Of a stretch of 20,000 bases of DNA, positions 17,103-20,000 are shown in pieces. The first letter of the stretch is position 1. Each line of letters opens with the position of its first letter. The position numbers and the translations under genes were made by a program. Origin of the DNA: an uncultured virus (IMG/VR IMGVR_UViG_3300043105_000062) (lineage: Duplodnaviria; Heunggongvirae; Uroviricota; Caudoviricetes); the IMG/VR virus record IMGVR_UViG_3300043105_000062, positions 54,427-74,426 of that record, one strand, 5' to 3'. The notes beneath the pieces are model-generated. The model saw only the letters and a program-made list of their open reading frames with translations, was not told where the DNA came from and did not search any database.

Positions 17103-17135
17103 ATTGTACTATTGAAAATTTTGCCTATCTTTGCA
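17103..17135 (+). promoter_or_regulatory. Bacteroidota housekeeping-sigma promoter (-33/-7)
   Basis: TATCTTTG at 17126-17133 matches TAnnTTTG. (A)TTG at 17103-17106 lies 19 nt upstream, and ATG 17169 is 35 nt downstream. Confidence 0.7.
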
Positions 17136-17168
17136 TCATCATTTAATTTTAACTCCAATCACACCAAT

Positions 17169-17717
17169 ATGGAAGAAAAAACTTTTAGTTACTTCCGCAT
17201 TAAAACGGAATGTACGGTTGAGGAGCCCAATGGTTCTTTAGCCAAAAAGAAGATTGAAGAGTTAGTATTAGCTACCAGCTATACAGAAGCTGAGATGCTT
17301 GTACACGAAATCATCTCTTCACTTAACCGGACACAGTTCGGTAGCGTATCTTACGAGATTACTAAGACGAAAATCTCGGATGTGTTGTATAACGAAATCC
17401 TGTCTCAGCAAGATGAACTGCTGAAAGGCTTCTGCTGTAACTACTTTGAGGAGGAGGAAACTTCAGGCGAAGGTCTTTACTCTGTTAAAGTCATCTTCCT
17501 AACACTTGATGAAAGAACAGCCAAAGAAAAACAAACAACCGAGGTATTCTATGTTCCTGCTCGCTCTAACGCCGATGCTACAAACCGCATCTCGCAATAT
17601 CTCAAGAGCAATATGCAGGATTTCGTAATCCGCGACTGCAAATTTGACAAGGCTGAAGCAATCTATTGGCCCCTTGACGAACATAAGAGAAAGGTATCCG
17701 AATTTGACCAGAACTAA
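17169..17717 (+). CDS. DUF4494-like protein
   Basis: The start is more likely ATG 17169 (MEEKTFSYFRIK). Two related halves, KKKIEELVLATSYTEAE and YSVKVIFLTLDERTAKEK, match the Bacteroidota DUF4494 pattern. Confidence 0.75.
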   Translation: MEEKTFSYFRIKTECTVEEPNGSLAKKKIEELVLATSYTEAEMLVHEIISSLNRTQFGSVSYEITKTKISDVLYNEILSQQDELLKGFCCNYFEEEETSGEGLYSVKVIFLTLDERTAKEKQTTEVFYVPARSNADATNRISQYLKSNMQDFVIRDCKFDKAEAIYWPLDEHKRKVSEFDQN

Positions 17718-18172
17718 TGCTGGGTCAGCCAGGGAAAGGTGAAATCCAATTAAAATGTAAAGAGCAATCCTTTCCTGAGTTCGCTAACCTGCTCTTTGGT
17801 AAGAACGAAGACGGGCGATCGTTCTTTGACGCTACATACTATCTGTCGAAGATGACAGAATCAGTGCCCATTAAGTCCTTCTTTAACCAGTATCGCTATC
17901 AAATCAAAGCACTTTGCGACGCTTACAAAATAGACGATGCTCAGGTTTGCTTAATCAATGAAGAAGGGCATTATCTAATTGATGGAACTTTCGTGTTCCT
18001 GTTCATAGCATTTGTCGAACCCGATTTCCTTGCATATATGTGCGACAGGGTATTTGAACTTTTTGCCCACGGGGTTGCTGTATCAGACACATACCTTCTG
18101 TCGGCGGCGAGAACCCGTCTGTCAAGCGAAGTCTTAACAGCGATAAGTGACTATGAAAAAGAGTCTCAGTAA
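17717..18172 (+). CDS. Hypothetical protein, possibly a divergent KilA-N/APSES-like DNA-binding domain
   Basis: TAATG coupling to the upstream gene. FFDATYYL...GHYLIDGTFVFLFIAFVEPDFLAYMCDRVFELFAHG parallels the KilA-N FNAT...GTW...FA.WL.P.F..W...I.EL pattern. Confidence 0.5.
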   Translation: MLGQPGKGEIQLKCKEQSFPEFANLLFGKNEDGRSFFDATYYLSKMTESVPIKSFFNQYRYQIKALCDAYKIDDAQVCLINEEGHYLIDGTFVFLFIAFVEPDFLAYMCDRVFELFAHGVAVSDTYLLSAARTRLSSEVLTAISDYEKESQ

Positions 18173-18491
18173 CAAGACCAGTAGCCCGGTCCTCGTATTT
18201 AATCCATCCAAGCGTTTAGTGGGATATTTCCACTCGCTAACCGCTGTGGCTACAGCTTTCAAAACATCAAATTCTTCAATCTATCAGGCTTGCGTCGGAC
18301 CTTGCATATCCAGTTGCGGTCTATACTTCAGATTTCTCGCCAACGACATGGAGATTGAGGATAATGACTATGGAGCATTGCGACTGGAAGATTATGATGA
18401 GATGTGCGGCGTAACTCGCACATACTATCCTACTACCAGCATGTCGCGAAAAGGAATGAAATATAAACAATCTAAAAACAGCAAAAAATGA
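18153..18491 (+). CDS. NUMOD1/IENR1-like HTH protein with no nuclease domain
   Basis: PVLVFNPSKRLVGYFHSLTAVATAFKTSNSSIYQACVG...GLYFRF resembles NUMOD1. ATG 18153 is preferred over GTG 18147. Confidence 0.6.
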   Translation: MKKSLSNKTSSPVLVFNPSKRLVGYFHSLTAVATAFKTSNSSIYQACVGPCISSCGLYFRFLANDMEIEDNDYGALRLEDYDEMCGVTRTYYPTTSMSRKGMKYKQSKNSKK

Positions 18492-18958
18492 ATATCAAAT
18501 TACTCTCACCCGGAGCTAAAGTGCCTACCAGAGGCACACAGTTCTCTGCCGGCTATGACCTGTACGTTCCCAACGACACAATCATAGAGCCCGGTCGTAA
18601 TATTGTTCCTCTTGACATTTCCATCGCTCTCGGCGCTGATCAAGAAGGACACATCCGTCCTCGCTCAGGCTTTGCAGCTAAAGGCTTCGAGGGTCACGAA
18701 CTTACCGAGACCGGTTACAAGAAAGTTCCCAAGCGTTTCAACGCCGATGTCATCCAAGGCACACTGGATGCAGACTATCGCGGCAATGTTGGTGTTATCG
18801 TCAAGAGCTGCGAAAAGAAACCATTTATGGTAACTGCCGGCACTCGCATTGCCCAGATGGTTATCGAAGTTCACTACAGCGGTGATTTCACCGTAGTTGA
18901 TGAACTGGACGATACCACTCGCGGAGAAGGCGGCTTTGAATCAACAGGCACTCACTAA
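18488..18958 (+). CDS. dut: Trimeric dUTPase
   Basis: All five motifs are present: AGYDL, RPRSG, GTLDADYRG, RIAQ and RGEGGFESTG. Confidence 0.95.
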   Translation: MNIKLLSPGAKVPTRGTQFSAGYDLYVPNDTIIEPGRNIVPLDISIALGADQEGHIRPRSGFAAKGFEGHELTETGYKKVPKRFNADVIQGTLDADYRGNVGVIVKSCEKKPFMVTAGTRIAQMVIEVHYSGDFTVVDELDDTTRGEGGFESTGTH

Positions 18959-18973
18959 TATTCACTCTAAAAT

Positions 18974-19003
18974 GGGCGCATCTTTTGGTGCGCCCTTATC
19001 ATT
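18974..19003 (+). terminator. Possible weak terminator or hairpin between dut and the ligase gene
   Basis: GGGCGCA-(8 nt)-TGCGCCC followed by TTATCATT. Confidence 0.5.
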
Positions 19004-19007
19004 AATT

Positions 19008-20000
19008 ATGAGCAATAAAATAGACCAACTACTCGCCTCCATCAAAGCTCATAACGAAGCATACAGAGCCGGCAACCCGGTCATATCTGATGCGGAATAT
19101 GACAAAGAGGTGGATGAGCTGAGAGCACTTGATCCGGAAAATGATTGGTTCAAGCACGCAGAGCCTGCCACAGTAGGCAAAGGTAGAAAAGTCAAGCTAC
19201 CTCACCCTATGAAATCTCTCAACAAAGCGAAGTCTTTGAATGAGGTAAAACAATGGATGAAGTCGCTGGCACTCCCTGAAACCGCCAAACTCGTCATCAA
19301 TCCTAAATTTGATGGCATCTCTTGGCTACACGACGAAAGAACCGGTGCCACATATTCTCGTGGCGGTGCTGACAATGAAGGACAGATTTGTACCCAGCAT
19401 TATCTCAAAGGAAACTTCGACAGGAAGAACCCTTGGGGTAACGAACTATTATCGCCTGAGTTTACCTTTGGCGAGCTCGTATTCAGTAGGGCAAGCTGGG
19501 AAGCTAACTTTGTTGGCCAAGTATCAGATGCTACGGGCGAACCTTATCGCTCACCGCGCAACACAGTCGCAGGCTTCATCAACCGTGACGATGCTTCAGA
19601 CAAAATCAGGTTCTTGCAATTCTTCAGATATGGTATTGGCGAAGGCGACCTTGGTAACTTCAGCACATACGAAGCATTGTATCGCGAACTTTGCGATGTT
19701 TTTAATCAGCCATATCTCGGAAAGACAATTACCGTCAACGAACTGGATGACGCTATGCTTATGGAGCTATTCCAAGAGTGGCGCAAGTTATATTACATCG
19801 ACGGACTTGTAATCTATCTCAACGATCTCAATCTTTGGGACACCATCGGTCGCCAGCAGACAACTGGCAACCCTCTCTATGCTATTGCCTACAAGCACCC
19901 GGACTTTACTGACGTATTTGAGACAACCGTCAAAGGGGTTGACTGGAAGATTAGCAAGGCCGGCGCATTGAAACCGGTAGTCAACATTGAAGCAGTCAAC
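19008..20000 (+). CDS. ligA: NAD-dependent DNA ligase, 3' end runs off the window
   Basis: Not in the ORF track. Translated by hand from ATG 19008: HNEAYRAGNPVISDAEYD (domain Ia), HPMKSLNK, PKFDG (adenylation Lys), SRGG, GE, SPRNTVAG, YYIDGLVI, AIAYK and WKISKAGALKPV. Confidence 0.95.
   Translation, partial: MSNKIDQLLASIKAHNEAYRAGNPVISDAEYDKEVDELRALDPENDWFKHAEPATVGKGRKVKLPHPMKSLNKAKSLNEVKQWMKSLALPETAKLVINPKFDGISWLHDERTGATYSRGGADNEGQICTQHYLKGNFDRKNPWGNELLSPEFTFGELVFSRASWEANFVGQVSDATGEPYRSPRNTVAGFINRDDASDKIRFLQFFRYGIGEGDLGNFSTYEALYRELCDVFNQPYLGKTITVNELDDAMLMELFQEWRKLYYIDGLVIYLNDLNLWDTIGRQQTTGNPLYAIAYKHPDFTDVFETTVKGVDWKISKAGALKPVVNIEAVN

Noticed and set aside
791..18874. The many 60-150 aa ORFs in the track that overlap major genes on either strand
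   Set aside because: They are shadow frames with no motifs or independent expression signals.
19309..19812. 167-aa plus-strand ORF from the track
   Set aside because: It is an alternative frame inside the ligase gene, whose frame from 19008 carries all the catalytic motifs.
1..20000. CRISPR array, tRNA/rRNA genes, intron/intein, DGR repeats, IS elements
   Set aside because: No regularly spaced repeats, RNA-gene hallmarks, interrupted genes or transposase/RT motifs were seen by eye. Intergenic gaps are short and largely accounted for. tRNAscan-SE or Infernal would be needed for a formal exclusion.

Overview
This window is part of a tailed dsDNA phage genome with a contractile (myovirus-type) tail, most likely infecting a Bacteroidota host (TAnnTTTG promoter, A-rich Shine-Dalgarno-free starts, DUF4494/DUF2586/DUF6046-like proteins). 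Bases 1-16924 (minus strand) hold a Mu-like virion module in this order: portal (DUF935-like), gpF-like minor head protein, gpG-like morphogenesis protein, putative tail-completion protein, ClpP-type protease/scaffold, major capsid, an acidic unknown protein, sheath, tube, tail chaperone, tape measure, DUF6046-like protein, baseplate hub and a truncated spike. Bases 17169-20000 (plus strand) hold a divergent block: DUF4494-like, KilA-N-like, NUMOD1-like, dUTPase and a truncated NAD-dependent DNA ligase. The most notable signals are not in the ORF track. (1) A candidate programmed -1 frameshift (A_AAU_UUU plus a GC-rich hairpin 5 nt downstream) at the portal 3' end would fuse portal to the gpF-like protein. 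(2) A second A_AAU_UUA frameshift site gives the tail chaperone G/GT pair. (3) A recurring bipartite, non-host promoter-like motif, TTT(C/A)ACC-N16/17-CTCTATTCTT, lies upstream of structural genes. (4) A degenerate copy of that motif inside the protease gene precedes a likely internal scaffold start. Family assignments come from recognising motifs and synteny by eye; no database search was run.
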